From contig MU054001.1 of assembly GCA_013239625.1 (NCBI GenBank), positions 1,491,884-1,555,883 of the forward strand: 64,000 bases of DNA. Direction: 5' to 3'. Of the stretch, positions 40,959-52,818 are shown one piece after another. The stretch is from Lama guanicoe. Taxonomy: Eukaryota. The translations under genes and the position numbers were made by a program. The notes under the pieces were generated by a model. The model did not search any database and was not told the origin of the DNA. It saw only the letters and a list, made by a program, of their open reading frames with translations. Position 1 is the first letter of the stretch; the number at the start of each line of letters is the position of its first letter.

Positions 40959-41729
40959 AATGGAAGAATCACTTTGGAAAATTGTTTAGGAACTTCTTAC
41001 AAGGTTAAACACAGGACAATCATATGACCCACCAACTGGACTCCTGGGTTATTTATCCAAAAGAAATGGAAACACAGACTTACACACGAATGGTCATAGC
41101 AGTTTTTCATAATAGCCCAAAACCAGAAACAATCCAAATGTTCAACAACAAGTCAATGAATAAACAAATGTGGTAGATCTACATAGTAGACCATTAATTA
41201 GCAATAAAAAGGAAGGAACTATTGATACAGACAACATAAATAAATCTCAAAAATCATTATACTGAGTGAAAGCAGACAGACCCCAGAGTACATATAGTAT
41301 ACTTCCATTTATATGAAACTCTAGAAAATACAGTGATAGAAAATCTATCCGTGGTGCTGGGGAGCCAAGGTGGATGAACAGACTGACTGTAAATCAGCAG
41401 GAGGAAACTGAAATGTTCTCTATATCAACGGCGGTGGTGGTTTACAGGTGTATATACATCTGTCAAAACTCATCAAACCATACATTATAAATGGTGCAAA
41501 TTACTGTATGTAAACTACACCTCAGTAAAGTTAATTAGAAAAAGGTAAAATAATTCATGAGCAAATGAACCTTTTATATTTAAGATTTAAAACTTAATTC
41601 CCTATACTTTGTTCTAACTAGTAGCATTTCACAAATAAACAAAATTTAAATAAAGATCAAAGAAATTTTTCTAAGTAAACAGGCAGACAACTTGCTCTAT
41701 CAATTCAACAAGTTTCACAAGCAGAAAAT

Positions 41730-41880
41730 GGAAAAAAGCTTGGAATCAGAAGACCTGGTTCTGGGCCCTAGTTCCACATAGCAACCAAGTGGCCTCGGGC
41801 AAGTTGTAACTTCTACGTGCCTCGGTTTCAACATCCACCAAATGCAGATGACAATAACAACTACCTCGTAAACAATAGTT
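41730..41880 (+). mobile_element. MIR SINE
   Basis: GGAATCAGAAGACCTGGTTCT...CCTCGGGCAAGTT...CCTCGGTTTC. Confidence 0.55.
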
Positions 41881-42119
41881 ATAGTCTCAGTAGAGCAAAA
41901 GCGCCTTTGTGCAGGGATTCTACCTTAGCCAAAATTATAATTCCAGTGTCTGGCAAATAACAGGCGCTAAATAAATCTTTATAGAATAAATGAGTAACTT
42001 TAAATGTCAACCCAAAAGATAATGACATCAGGCACAATACCACTGTGTGATACTTGTTTTTGTACCACTGTAGACTGATGCAGAAGGATCTTTGTACCCA
42101 TCTTTATATACTGCCCTTC

Positions 42120-42980
42120 ATCATTAATTATTAGAGAAATGCAAGTTAAAGTACCATAAGGTATCACCTCACACCAGTCAGAATGGCCATCATTAAAAAG
42201 TCTACAAATAACAAATGCTGGAGAGGGTGTGGAAAAAAGGGAACCCTCCTATACTGTTGGTAGGAATGTACTTTGCAGCCACTGTGGAAAACAGTATGAA
42301 GGTTCCTTGAAAAACTCCAAATAGAGTTGCCATACGATCCAGGAATCCCACTCTTGGGCATATATCTGTAGAAAACTCTAATTCAAAAAGATACATACAC
42401 CCCAATGTTCATAATAGCATTATTTACAATAGCCAAGACATGGAAGCAACCTAAATGTCCATCAACAGATGAATGGATAAAGAAGATGTGGTGTGTATAG
42501 ACAACGGAATTCTACTCAACCATAAAAAAGAATGAAATAATGCCATTTGTAGCAACATGGGTGGACCTAGATACTGTCACAATAAGTGAAGTAAACCAGA
42601 AAGAGAAAGACAAATACAATATGATACCACTTATATGTGGAATCCAAAATAGGACACAAATGAACTTATTTATGAAACAAAAACAGACTCACAGACATAG
42701 AAAACAAACTTATGGTTACCAAAGGGGAAAGTAGGGGAGAGATAAATTAGGAGTTTGGGATTAGCAGATACAAACTACTATGTATAAAATACATAAACAA
42801 CAAGGTCCTAATCTATAACACAGGGAACTATACTCAATATCTTGTAATAAACCATAATGGAAGAGAATATGAAAAAGAATATGTATGTATATGTATAACT
42901 GAATCACGCTGGTGTACATCAGAAACTACTGCAATATTATAAATCAATAATTCTTTAGTAAAAAAATTAAAATTTTAAAA
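42120..42980 (+). mobile_element. 5'-truncated L1 (ORF2 C-terminal remnant plus 3' UTR)
   Basis: CACCTCACACCAGTCAGAATGGCCATCATTAAAAAG...GAATGGATAAAGAAGATGTGG, an A-rich tail, and an imperfect TSD ending TGCCCTT on both sides. Confidence 0.88.
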
Positions 42981-43209
42981 ATATATATGTATATATACAT
43001 TGCCCTTATCAAATACAGATGCAACCATGGAAACTCCAGGTCCCTGGTGAAACTTTGTTATAACTCGGGTCATAAGAGAGCACATTTTATGTTTTAAATC
43101 CATAGAGGTATTGCCCTAAGACAAACTCATTTGTAGGACTGAAGATTCTATGACAGCACAAACTATGTCTGTTTCATTCACCAATAGTTCCCACTTTCAA
43201 TAACTGCCT

Positions 43210-43720
43210 AATACAGAGCAGGCAACAAACAGCATGTGTAAAGGCCCTGTAACCAGATAAAGCACAGGAAGGAGGGACTTCTAAGAAGGCCAAAGTGGCT
43301 GATGGGCAGAGCAGGGAAGCAGTCATGTCCACTGAGACTGTGGATGATGCAGGGAGGGTCTACACCATGCAAAACACCGTAGGCCACGTGAAGTTTTGTC
43401 TTTCTCTGAGAGCAACAGAAAGCCATGGAAGATTTTTAAACAGGTGTTTGGCAGAGGAGGTAGAAAGGAAAGGGCCATGATGAGACCTGCATTTTGAAAA
43501 GCTCACACACAGCAGTGTGGAGAAGAGACTGGTTGTGCGGGAGGAGGGACATAAGGGGAGCAAGGTGTATTAGGGCGTAGACTGAATACAGACCAATAAG
43601 GAGACTACTGGAATGGTTCACTAAAGAGGGAATGGTAGCTTGGCTAAGGTGGTGAAGATGGAAAAAAGTGAACAGAGTACCAATGTATTTAGACAAATCA
43701 ATAGGATTTGATTTGGGGAA
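43210..43720. mobile_element. Degenerate L2 fragment
   Basis: CAGCATGTGTAAAGGCCCTG...GAAAGCCATGGAAGATTTTTAAACAGG...GGAGACTACTGGAATGGT. Confidence 0.5.
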
Positions 43721-44441
43721 TAAAGGAAACACTCAATTCTTCTGAGCCTCAAGTCTTCATCGGTTTAACAGTACTGTTAATACTCCATCTGTGAAATATC
43801 TTATCTTACAATCTGCTGTGATAAGAATAGGAAATAATATAAATGTTATGAACTTAACGCAGAACCTGACATAATAAATGCTAAAACACAAAAAACAAAA
43901 AAACACGCTATTTCTATGATTACTGTCATCCCATGGAATGGCAACTGCGAGAGGGTGAAAACTCAAAAGTAGGAAATAGGATTGTAGTTAAAGGTCCATA
44001 TCCGTTGCACTGAAGACACAATATAGGCAACTGTTCCAAATAAACACATCTGACCGCACAGATATTTCACCTAAACCGGTCACAGTCGTCAAAAACCATT
44101 ACCGAAGAGTACAGCACAACTGGCCTAATCACAGGCAGCTTAGAGTCCGGTAAACTGAGGCACAAGGGTAGCTACAAGTTTAACCAAGGAATTGGGTGCA
44201 GATAGCAGGGCAATTAAATGAGTGTCTTGATTCTTAGGTGAGTTGATCCAACAGGACTAGGCCTGCATTCCGAGCTGCACGAATTTATAACCTCCAAGTC
44301 TCCAGCTCCCTTACTGACAAGGCCTTGTCATCCCTTGGCTTAAGACCGTGGGTCCGCTCGCGGTCCAACTAAGCCCTTCCGGTTCCCAGCCCCCAGCTAC
44401 AAGCGCACGAAAGATCCCAGATTCCGGAGAGCCCGACATAC

Positions 44442-44486
44442 CTTAGCTTCGCGCTCTCGTTCCTCGGCGGTTGGGGTTCGCTTCAT
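44442..44486 (-). CDS. FTO: FTO (alpha-ketoglutarate-dependent dioxygenase, m6A/m6Am RNA demethylase), coding part of exon 1
   Basis: Minus strand reads ATG at 44486 to AAG|GTATGT. It encodes MKRTPTAEEREREAK, the recognisable FTO N-terminus, and ends at a phase-0 canonical donor. It lies head-to-head with RPGRIP1L. Confidence 0.97.
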
Positions 44487-44707
44487 GCTGCTGCTGTAGT
44501 TGCCTTCGCCACTGCTAGACGCGTAGATTCTTTGCCCTGAACCCCGCCTCCTGCATGTAGTTCTCTCCGCGTCCTGCTCCCGCCTGGTGCCATTCTCCTT
44601 CGAGCTCCGACAACTACCACTCCCAGAATGCAGTGCGGCGACGCCGAAATGAGCCTCGGGCTTTGGAGCAAGAGAATGTCCTAGGTCCAACAGCTGGATG
44701 AGCGTAG
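44487..44707 (-). other. FTO: FTO exon 1 5' UTR (upstream limit approximate)
   Basis: GC-rich sequence directly upstream of the FTO ATG that resembles the human long 5' UTR as I recall it. The TSS cannot be fixed from sequence. Confidence 0.55.
44613..44632 (+). promoter_or_regulatory. ZNF143/THAP11-type (SBS) motif 1
   Basis: ACTACCACTCCCAGAATGCA matches the ACTACNNNTCCCAGNATGC consensus. Confidence 0.75.
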
Positions 44708-44747
44708 TCCGCGGCGCAGCAAGCTGACTGGCTAGGGCGCAAAGAGA

Positions 44748-44767
44748 ACTACACTTCCCAGGAGGCA
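44748..44767 (+). promoter_or_regulatory. ZNF143/THAP11-type (SBS) motif 2
   Basis: ACTACACTTCCCAGGAGGCA matches the same consensus. Confidence 0.75.
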
Positions 44768-44776
44768 ACGGGGCCT

Positions 44777-44784
44777 GCCATGTT
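44777..44784 (+). promoter_or_regulatory. YY1-like site
   Basis: GCCATGTT matches GCCATNTT and sits between the two first exons. The motif is short. Confidence 0.45.
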
Positions 44785-44809
44785 TTTCCCGTGCTCCTCT
44801 TGGCCAGCC

Positions 44810-44866
44810 GCCCCACACGCCGTCGGCGCTATAGCAACGGTAGCTAGCGGCGGGGAGAGAGTGGCG
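44810..44866 (+). other. RPGRIP1L: RPGRIP1L non-coding exon 1 (start approximate)
   Basis: Strong donor GCG|GTGAGT at 44866/44867 inside the CpG island. The next exon carries the ATG only 7 nt after its acceptor, so an upstream non-coding exon is required. Confidence 0.7.
44825..44838 (+). promoter_or_regulatory. RFX X-box at the RPGRIP1L start
   Basis: GGCGCTATAGCAAC is a 14-bp X-box-like site with an intact TAGCAAC half-site. X-boxes are typical of ciliary gene promoters. Confidence 0.65.
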
Positions 44867-45229
44867 GTGAGTACTCCGGGGGAGAAGAGGGGGTGCAGGT
44901 GGTCGACCCTCTACCTGCAGCACGGGCCGGGGTCCCGGGGTCTGCTCTACGGCCTGGAGAAGGCCCTGGAGTTCTGCTCGCGTGAAGAGCAGCCCAGCAC
45001 GAGACATCTCCACCTCCTCAGGCCTGACTCAGAGCCCGCCCATTATCCCCACTCTGGTTTGAAATTTTCCATCCCAGCCCTAAACCCTAGCTGGTGAGAG
45101 TAACTGCCGTGCCTGTCCAAGTCCTTTTTCAAGTAGAGGGTCACATAAACAGTTTGCTCGTTTGCCCCGGGTTAGGAGTTGGTTGGGAAACCCTAAGCCT
45201 CCGGAGTAACCTATTGTTTGCTTAATTAT

Positions 45230-45720
45230 TTACAATTATTTGTTTATCGTGATTACCCCGTAGCCTATTAACTCCATGAAGGTGGAGACTTTGTTTACCA
45301 TTTTAGTCTCAGTGCCAGTATTCATTTATTCATCCACTTAACCTTAGTATTGGTGCCCACCCCGTACGAAACACTGTTGCCGACCAGCTATGAACAGGAC
45401 TGATAACGCTCTCGAGATGCTTATAGTTTATTAGTAAAGGTGAAGCAGTAATGAACTAGTAAATAAGATAATTTCAGATCGAGATGATAGCTATAAAAGA
45501 AATAAACAGTGCTGAAGTTGGGAGGAAGAATATGCTAACATAGGACGATCAGGGAAGGCCTCTCTGGAAGTGACATTTGAGCGGAGTCCCAAAGAATGAG
45601 GTGGCAGCTAATGCAAAGGCCTTGAACAAGACAAGTGTACCGTGGATCTGAAGAACCTAAAGGAGAACAGTGTGTGCAGCTCATAGTGAGCAAGGAGGGA
45701 TCGCACAGACAGTTCCTGGG
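45230..45720. mobile_element. Degenerate L2 fragments
   Basis: AACTCCATGAAGGTGGAGAC and CAGGGAAGGCCTCTCTGGAAGTGACATTTGAGC are L2-type motifs. Confidence 0.5.
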
Positions 45721-45739
45721 GAGGCACTGCAGCACTACG

Positions 45740-45903
45740 CAGGGTTTCTCAGCCTGGGCACTGTTAACATTTGGGGCCAGATAATTCTTTGTTGTGGTTC
45801 CTGTGCCCTGTAGGATGTTGAGCATCATCTCTGGCCTCTAGATGCCAGTAACCCTGCCCCCCCCCACTTCCCAGCTGTGACAATTAAAAATAGGACCAGA
45901 CAA
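45740..45903. mobile_element. MER20-like hAT element (partial)
   Basis: CAGGGTTTCTCAGCCTGGGCACTGTTAACATTTGGGGCCAGATAATTCTTTGTTGTGG is the characteristic MER20 opening. Confidence 0.8.
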
Positions 45904-45904
45904 C

Positions 45905-46085
45905 TACTTAGATGTGTGACCTTGGCCAAGTTACCTAAGCTGCATCTCAGTTTCTTCATTCGTAAAGCAGGAACCATTTGAGTAACAACCTCACGAGGAT
46001 ATTGTGAGATATTTAATTAATCCATATAAGTAGAGCACTTAGAAGAGTCCCCTGGCACAATTTAGTAAGCATTCAATAAATGTTA
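45905..46085 (+). mobile_element. MIR SINE
   Basis: TGTGACCTTGGCCAAGTTACCTAA...CTCAGTTTCTTCAT...CCTGGCACA...TCAATAAATGTTA. Confidence 0.7.
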
Positions 46086-47463
46086 ACACCATCATCATCG
46101 TTGTTGTTATTATAAAAGCTACCATAACTCTCTCATGGAAAAGATGTCATTTTCACAAGTGTTCTGTGTTTAAACTTCTTGCTAATTTTCCTAAATTGAC
46201 CTTTCCTGTAGCAATGTTTCCAAAAGGAGTAGATGATCTCCCAATCGTATGTCTGTTAGCTGTTCATGTCACGGTGAAATGCAACAGTTTGCAACCTTTG
46301 ATGACTTATAGTAAAAGTTATTAAACCTCTCCCTAAAAGAGAATGCATATATACATATGCATATAAGATTCTGAAAGCCATCTCTGGATCCATGGACCCT
46401 GAAGCCCCAAGGACTCCAGTCATTCACTCAACAACTGTGAATGCCGGCTATGTACCCAGCTCTGTGCCAGCTTCTGAGACTACAGAGGTGGGCAAGACAA
46501 AGCAGCTTGCTACTCTCAGACTTTACATTCTAGGACCAACATACTAGAGATTGGGAACCTCTGCTGCAGGGCATCTTCACTAGTAATTTGCATTTGACTT
46601 TCTGGGTAGATTGAAATGAGAATATTATTTTTTTTTTGCAATACTAGGCTTTGCATGGGCCGCTCACATCCACATGTAAAACTAATTTACTGTGGTGCAT
46701 TTCTGTAAAGAACAGAAACTAAAAATGCCAGAATTAGCTGGAGAGCCTGTCTGTGGAGGTAGGAAGCCCTGGGACCTGGGCCTCATGGCAACAAAGACAG
46801 GACACAACAAAAACAAACCCAGCTGTTGAATTTATGAAGCTTCTTTCACAGAACCTGGAACCACCCACTTCTTTGTGCATCAAGCTGAAAATTAATATTC
46901 ACGTAATATTGACATCCCAGGCAAATGTACTAAATGCTTTTAATCTCTATTATGTTTAAAATAACTATGAGATAAGTATTGTTTTCTCCATTTTTAAAGT
47001 GAAGGAGCTGAAACTCCTTCAAGGTGACTTGACCAGCCAGTAAGTAGTAGAACAAACATTTGAATCAAGTTCCTGACGTGAGCTTTTTCCAAGATACCTG
47101 CTTTCTTTGGGGAGCAAAGAAGGGGATGGAGGATGGAGAGGAGGTATTTCTTAAATCTGAGGGAGTTGGTTTTTGTTTCAGATAGAGTATTAGAAGAAGA
47201 GAGAAGGAAGAATGCTAATCTTACCTCATTTCCTAAGCAAACTATAGGAAATATACTGTTGAAAGGAACGCTGGCTCCATGATTGAATGTAGTATTACTT
47301 TTAAAATAGACGCTTTCATCTTCTTTGATCAGCACATGTGGGCAATAAGATGTCCATTAACGTTCTAGTGACTTACTCATTTTATTTGGTTCATTCCATA
47401 GCATAGTTAATGTTACAACCTGGAAAGATTTTATTTGAATTTTCTTTTCTCCGCAGATAGGCA

Positions 47464-47548
47464 ATGTCTGGTCCAGCTGATGAGACTGCAGGAGACCTGC
47501 CTGTGAAAGATATAGGTCTGAATCTCTTTGGAGTGGGAGGGTTACAAG
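47464..47548 (+). CDS. RPGRIP1L: RPGRIP1L (fantom, ciliary transition-zone protein) exon 2, first coding exon; the exon starts at 47457
   Basis: Acceptor ttttcttttctccgcag|ATAGGCA ATG; encodes [28 protein letters not shown]; donor CAAG|GTACGG; 85 coding nt. Confidence 0.95.
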
Positions 47549-49143
47549 GTACGGCCAGCTGTTATTTATTACAGTTATGAACTTTGATCAGTAACTTCTT
47601 TACTTTTAATTTAAAGTATTTCTGATATTCATACAAACAAAGCCATTTAAGTAACTATATAGCTCTTGATTGGACTAAACAAGAAGATGGGGAATTTAGA
47701 CCAACATATGGTATTTTACTGCACGCATCAATTATCAACAGCTCATAGAAAATGTAAAATCCCCCTCTGTTCTGATAAAGAATTGTTATAAATCATCTTT
47801 TTAAAATTCCGCACATCAGTAGAAACTACACAGAGAGTATCCAAGCCTCCAAACCGAATTGCCTGGTTTAAATCACATTCACCATTAAAATGTTTCTTTA
47901 TATGGGAGGAAATGCCATATTTAAAAATTTTTTGCTTTTCAAGTAGAGTATCTCAAAATGGTTTGTTTATCCAAATGATATTGACTTTGTTTTATCAAAT
48001 TAATACACATTAAAGATTTTCTTTGTCCTTTTATCACTTGGTCATTGCTGCAGTGCTGAAAAGCACTTTCAAATTAAGAAAGAGAAGTATGGCTTTAAGG
48101 AATAATTTAGAGTGTAGAGCTGTGTTTTTCTTTGTGTGTCCAGCATGTCAGCCATGCTGTCATGCCATAGCATTTGTCATTGAGAAGGGTGTGATGTAAA
48201 ATACATTCCACTAAGACTTCTTCACACCCTTGTTAAAACATGGTGAGCGGCCGCCCTGACTACCACAGAAAGGTGGTCAAAGTGTTGGTCATTGAAAAAG
48301 ACAAATTTAACTACAGAGCTTTTACTGTTGAAAGTGAAAAAGAATGTATAAGCTTTGCTTCAGATCTTTGGTGGAGTATCAGGGATTCAAGTACAAATAA
48401 ATTTTAAGTGTGTAGAGCTATTTATTGGGCTTTGATACCCTAAGTTCAGTTCTTACCCTCTGTAACCCCCTCATAGGGCTTTAATTTTTGACCATTGATT
48501 CTTTGTTTCTTTTGGAGGATTGTTGAAAATTGACGAGCTTCACAGGAAAAAACTAAATTTAGGCATATGTAAAAAAAATCACATACATGCTAAAAGGTGT
48601 AAAAGTTCTTTAAAAACATATAATAGCTTATAAATGATTTATGAAGGTTTTTGTTTGTTTATTTGGTCTTGCAGATTTTATAGTTTATTTTCTATAACCC
48701 AGCACCCATAACACAGGAAAATATCTTCATCATACTGTTATTGTTACACCTCTTACCTTCTAAGGAAAAAAAGTACTTCTAGAAACCCTGACTTTTAGTT
48801 TTAGTATTTTCAACATTCAGCGTATAAACTGAAAAGTACTCTTAGAATCAGAGTTCCATCTTACATTCTTAAAGATGGTTATTTGAATACATTTTTGATT
48901 GGATACTATTGTTGCTCAAATCTTTAATATTGCATAAAAGTATTAATAGTAAGGATTTTTATTCTTACCTCCAATTGGTTAAATGAGCAATGCTATAACA
49001 TTTTCTAAAGCAGTCTTAATTGTAGGTCACAAAGGAAAAATATCTGAGATGAGTACATCAAAGATTATGTTAATATCAACAGTTATCATTTTTAGAGACT
49101 ATTTTAAGTAATCCTACTATTAATTACTTTGGCATTTTTGCAG

Positions 49144-49288
49144 AAACTTCAACAACACGGACAATGAAGTCTCGCCAAGCAGTGTCACGTATCAGTCGTG
49201 AGGAACTGGAAGACAGATTTTTACGTTTGCATGATGAGAACATTTTACTTAAACAACATGCCCGCAAGCAAGAGGATAAAATTAAAAG
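49144..49288 (+). CDS. RPGRIP1L: RPGRIP1L exon 3
   Basis: tttttgcag|AAACT...AAAAG|GTTATG; 145 nt; (E)[47 protein letters not shown](R); phase matches exon 2. Confidence 0.95.
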
Positions 49289-52200
49289 GTTATGATAAAA
49301 AGCTTTTAGCTTTTTTTTTTCCTGACTCTGTAAAGTTGGGAGGATATGCTTTTCTATAAACTTAATTGGAAACCCTACCTTGAATCTTTTCTGGAACAAG
49401 GCAGGTTGTAAATAAATACAATTTTTAAAAATGGAAAATCTTACAAACTAGAATCATAAACCAAAAAGATTATGAGTGTTTATTATGTCTGAAGTTGCTA
49501 TTTGAAGAAAGCGCTAATAGTTGTGCCATGAGTGTATCATATCTCTAAATAACTTTTGCTTTAATATTTATAGTTTAATAAGCAAATGGCCAAAACATCT
49601 GTTTTTTTACAAGTCTTGATTTTGAAATGAAACTTTTAAAAACTAATTAGCTATTCTAACTTGTTAGAATGCATATTCCTTTAAGATTTGGGATTTCCTA
49701 ATGAAAACATCATTTCACTATCTGGAACATATTTAACTTTCCTTGGATTAGTCTAGAATCTGTATTTATTTTGAAGAGTCTGCTGTTCCTGAAGTAATAG
49801 TGTCACTTTTATATGCAAAAAAATTCTGCAGGGATTATTTCTTAAGAGTAGATATTTTTAATTCTTTCTTGTTCAGAAACACTATGACTATCTACTGAAT
49901 GTGTGGCACTGAAAGTTCATTCTCATTTATAAGCATGAACAGGTCGGGGCTTATATTCCTGTTCTAGGTTCAGTGAAAAGGTGAGGTAGCCACTGAAGAA
50001 AGAAGATAGGGGTTTTTCTCTGCTTAGAACTTAGCCTCTAAAAGAGTGATTCTGGTCAGTTTCTACTCTGTGGACTTTGTTTCAAGGACCCACTGACCTG
50101 CTTTGTGTAGGGCTTCTCCTCTGAGTTGGATTTTGAGTCATGATGCTGGCTTTTTTCAAGACACGTGACTCAACTTGCCCAGTTCCTTTTCTGACCAGTA
50201 ACATGCCCATCACCCTGTCAGAATGAGACATTTAGTCTGTGACCACTAAACAATTTTTTTCGTTGTAATCCTAATTGGTGAGTAAAAGAGTTGAATTCAC
50301 AACCTTGACCTCATTAGTAATTCGTCCTAGCCAAAAAACAGAAAATCATAATGAGCTATGTAGTTTAATGGAAAAAGGACTAGGCTAGGAATCAAGTTGT
50401 GTGCATGTGTTCTTTTATCTCTCTGCCACTAGCCTATGGTATGTTCAAGCTGTTTAACCTCCTGGGATTTTATTCAGCTCAGCCCTGAGAGTAGTGATCC
50501 AATGACCAGTATGACCCAAAGCTCTAAATTTGTTCTCAATTTCACACCACTGACACTACCTAGATACATGGGAAGGATTGCCTTTAAATTTATCCTTAGG
50601 ATATAATTAGAATCACTTACTTTAGTACAAATGTAGATTTCATAAAACACCTTTCTAATTAAATACTCAAACTTTACCCAATCACTTATTTCATTAATAT
50701 CATAAAATAATCAAATGAAAATTATTGCTGGACAAACAGATGCAATCTTATATTTCCTGACAAAGTTTACTTGAATATCTTTGAAGAAATTTTAAGCCTC
50801 TCTATTGATGTGCTTCTTCTTTCCTTAAAAATTGGGGTTGTTTATTTTTCTCTAGATGTTGACTGCTCTAAATCTGTGTCTTTCTTCTGAATGTAATCTC
50901 TGTGAAAGTCTTTTCTGTAACAGAAGAGTCAAATATTTAGCTTGACATCTTATTTAGTTGGCTACCATATTTCTCTGGATAAGCCATTTGGAGGGGCTCA
51001 GGGCCCTAAACTCATTAAAGGTCTAGGTAAGTGTGTGGCTCTGTTGGGCTATGATACCTGCCCAGATATCCCAATGATATATCATTGTCTGGATTAGGTG
51101 GAAGAGGAACTAATCCATTGATTATTTTACTAGAGTGTTTGTGGTACTCTTGGATCTTGGTTTTTATTATCCTATATCCCTTATAAAGCATGTTTAATGG
51201 ATGTGCCTCAAGGGAAAGAGAAAACAATCTTAACTGATTATGTTATGCATAGCTCTCCCTGATGCCACATGCTGGAGGCCGAACAGCCAGAAGTGTAGAT
51301 AGACGTGTATGACTACCGCTTTTACAGAGGACTCTGCTTAGGGCAAGAAAAGGTTGTTCTATGACATCCCAAAGCTATTAAGGATTTTTTTTTTATTTCA
51401 CTTTTGTTCTCTTAAGTAAAAGCTTCTGTCCATAACCATGCTAAAATAAAGCAAACCCCGTTTAAAGAAAAATGAAGTGTGTTTTTATTTTCAATCTCCT
51501 GTCTGGGTCTTTATAAAAATAGATTCACTGTAAACTAGAATCAGCTATTGAAGATGTGCGACCAATTTTGTAAAGTCTTGAACTTGTGTCTCTCATCAAA
51601 GCCACCTTTTCTTTCTTGTACTGCCAAGATTTTTCCATTCACTGTCAAGCATGTTTTCCGTACGTGTATATTACATCACCCCCATGTGCCCTTTCTGTCT
51701 TTTGTTCTGTCTAACCAGTTTTTATCAAAACTTAAAAGAATCAAAGGTATAAACCTCTGAGATGTCAAAAGCACAATGTATGTCTAAATTTAAAAGTAAT
51801 GTTGAAATAATACTTTTGTATCTAATTTTTTTCTACCATTGAACTCGCATGTTTCTCGAGCTCTAAGCAACATTTAATGGTGCATTTTGGTTTCTTTTGA
51901 ATTTTTCATTGGGCTTTTAATATGTGTGTATCTATGCACTCTAACATTTTTGTATTTGTAATATATCTTAATCCTGGAGAAACTGAAAACAATGTATCAC
52001 CTAAATGCTGCATAGCCTTAATACACTTTTGAAAAGTTTTAACTTACTGTGGCTTGCAAATATAACCCACCACATCCACAATCTGTAGCTACATTTAAGT
52101 GCATACAGCATTCCTACATAAGGTCATGCGTTAAAAATTGCATTTGAGAAACATATGGAGTAAATATGTGTCCTCTCTTTACTAACCTTAAATGATAAGC

Positions 52201-52347
52201 CTTAGGAAACTGTTATTTGTCAGTGCTATAAAGCAGATTGTTGCCCAGTGGTTTCAATTATCATCAAAGGATTCTTCACAGGCAGTAATAGTTACATCAA
52301 AACCTGAAATTTATTATTCAGGTTCAGCACTGAAGTCTTCACAGTGA

Positions 52348-52818
<471 letters not shown>

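Larger units (their letters stand above)
38990..41545 (+). mobile_element. Cluster of L1M fragments interrupted by two MaLR LTRs
   Basis: L1 motifs (AAATGGACAGAAGATTTGAACAGATACTTCAC, CATATGACCCAGCAATTCCACTCCTAG) resume on the far side of each LTR. Confidence 0.75.
1..44441 (-). other. FTO: FTO intron 1 (partial; exon 2 lies beyond position 1)
   Basis: Starts at the GT donor at 44441. No FTO exon 2 coding sequence was recognised in the window, and FTO intron 1 is known to be very long. Confidence 0.88.
44340..45010. promoter_or_regulatory. CpG-island bidirectional promoter shared by FTO and RPGRIP1L
   Basis: Only strongly CpG-dense segment in the window. It contains both first exons in divergent orientation and ZNF143-, YY1- and RFX-like motifs. 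Confidence 0.9.

Noticed and set aside
42120..42980. Active L1 or processed pseudogene
   Set aside because: Only a truncated, frame-disrupted 3' piece with no ORF1, endonuclease or RT domain.
54..43966. Numerous 60-136 aa ORFs in the ORF track
   Set aside because: No recognisable protein similarity. Many start at non-ATG codons and overlap repeats or microsatellites, as expected by chance.
1..44441. Ortholog of the human obesity variant rs1421085 (ARID5B motif)
   Set aside because: I could not find its flanking sequence by eye. It probably lies further into intron 1, beyond position 1; a liftover is needed.
44780..45097. 105-aa plus-strand ORF in the promoter
   Set aside because: It crosses the RPGRIP1L exon 1 donor, its ATG is probably upstream of the TSS, and GC-rich DNA is stop-poor.
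47455..47460. Tandem acceptor CAG/ATAG at RPGRIP1L exon 2
   Set aside because: A 4-nt shift would fall in the 5' UTR and leave the protein unchanged; there is no evidence of use.
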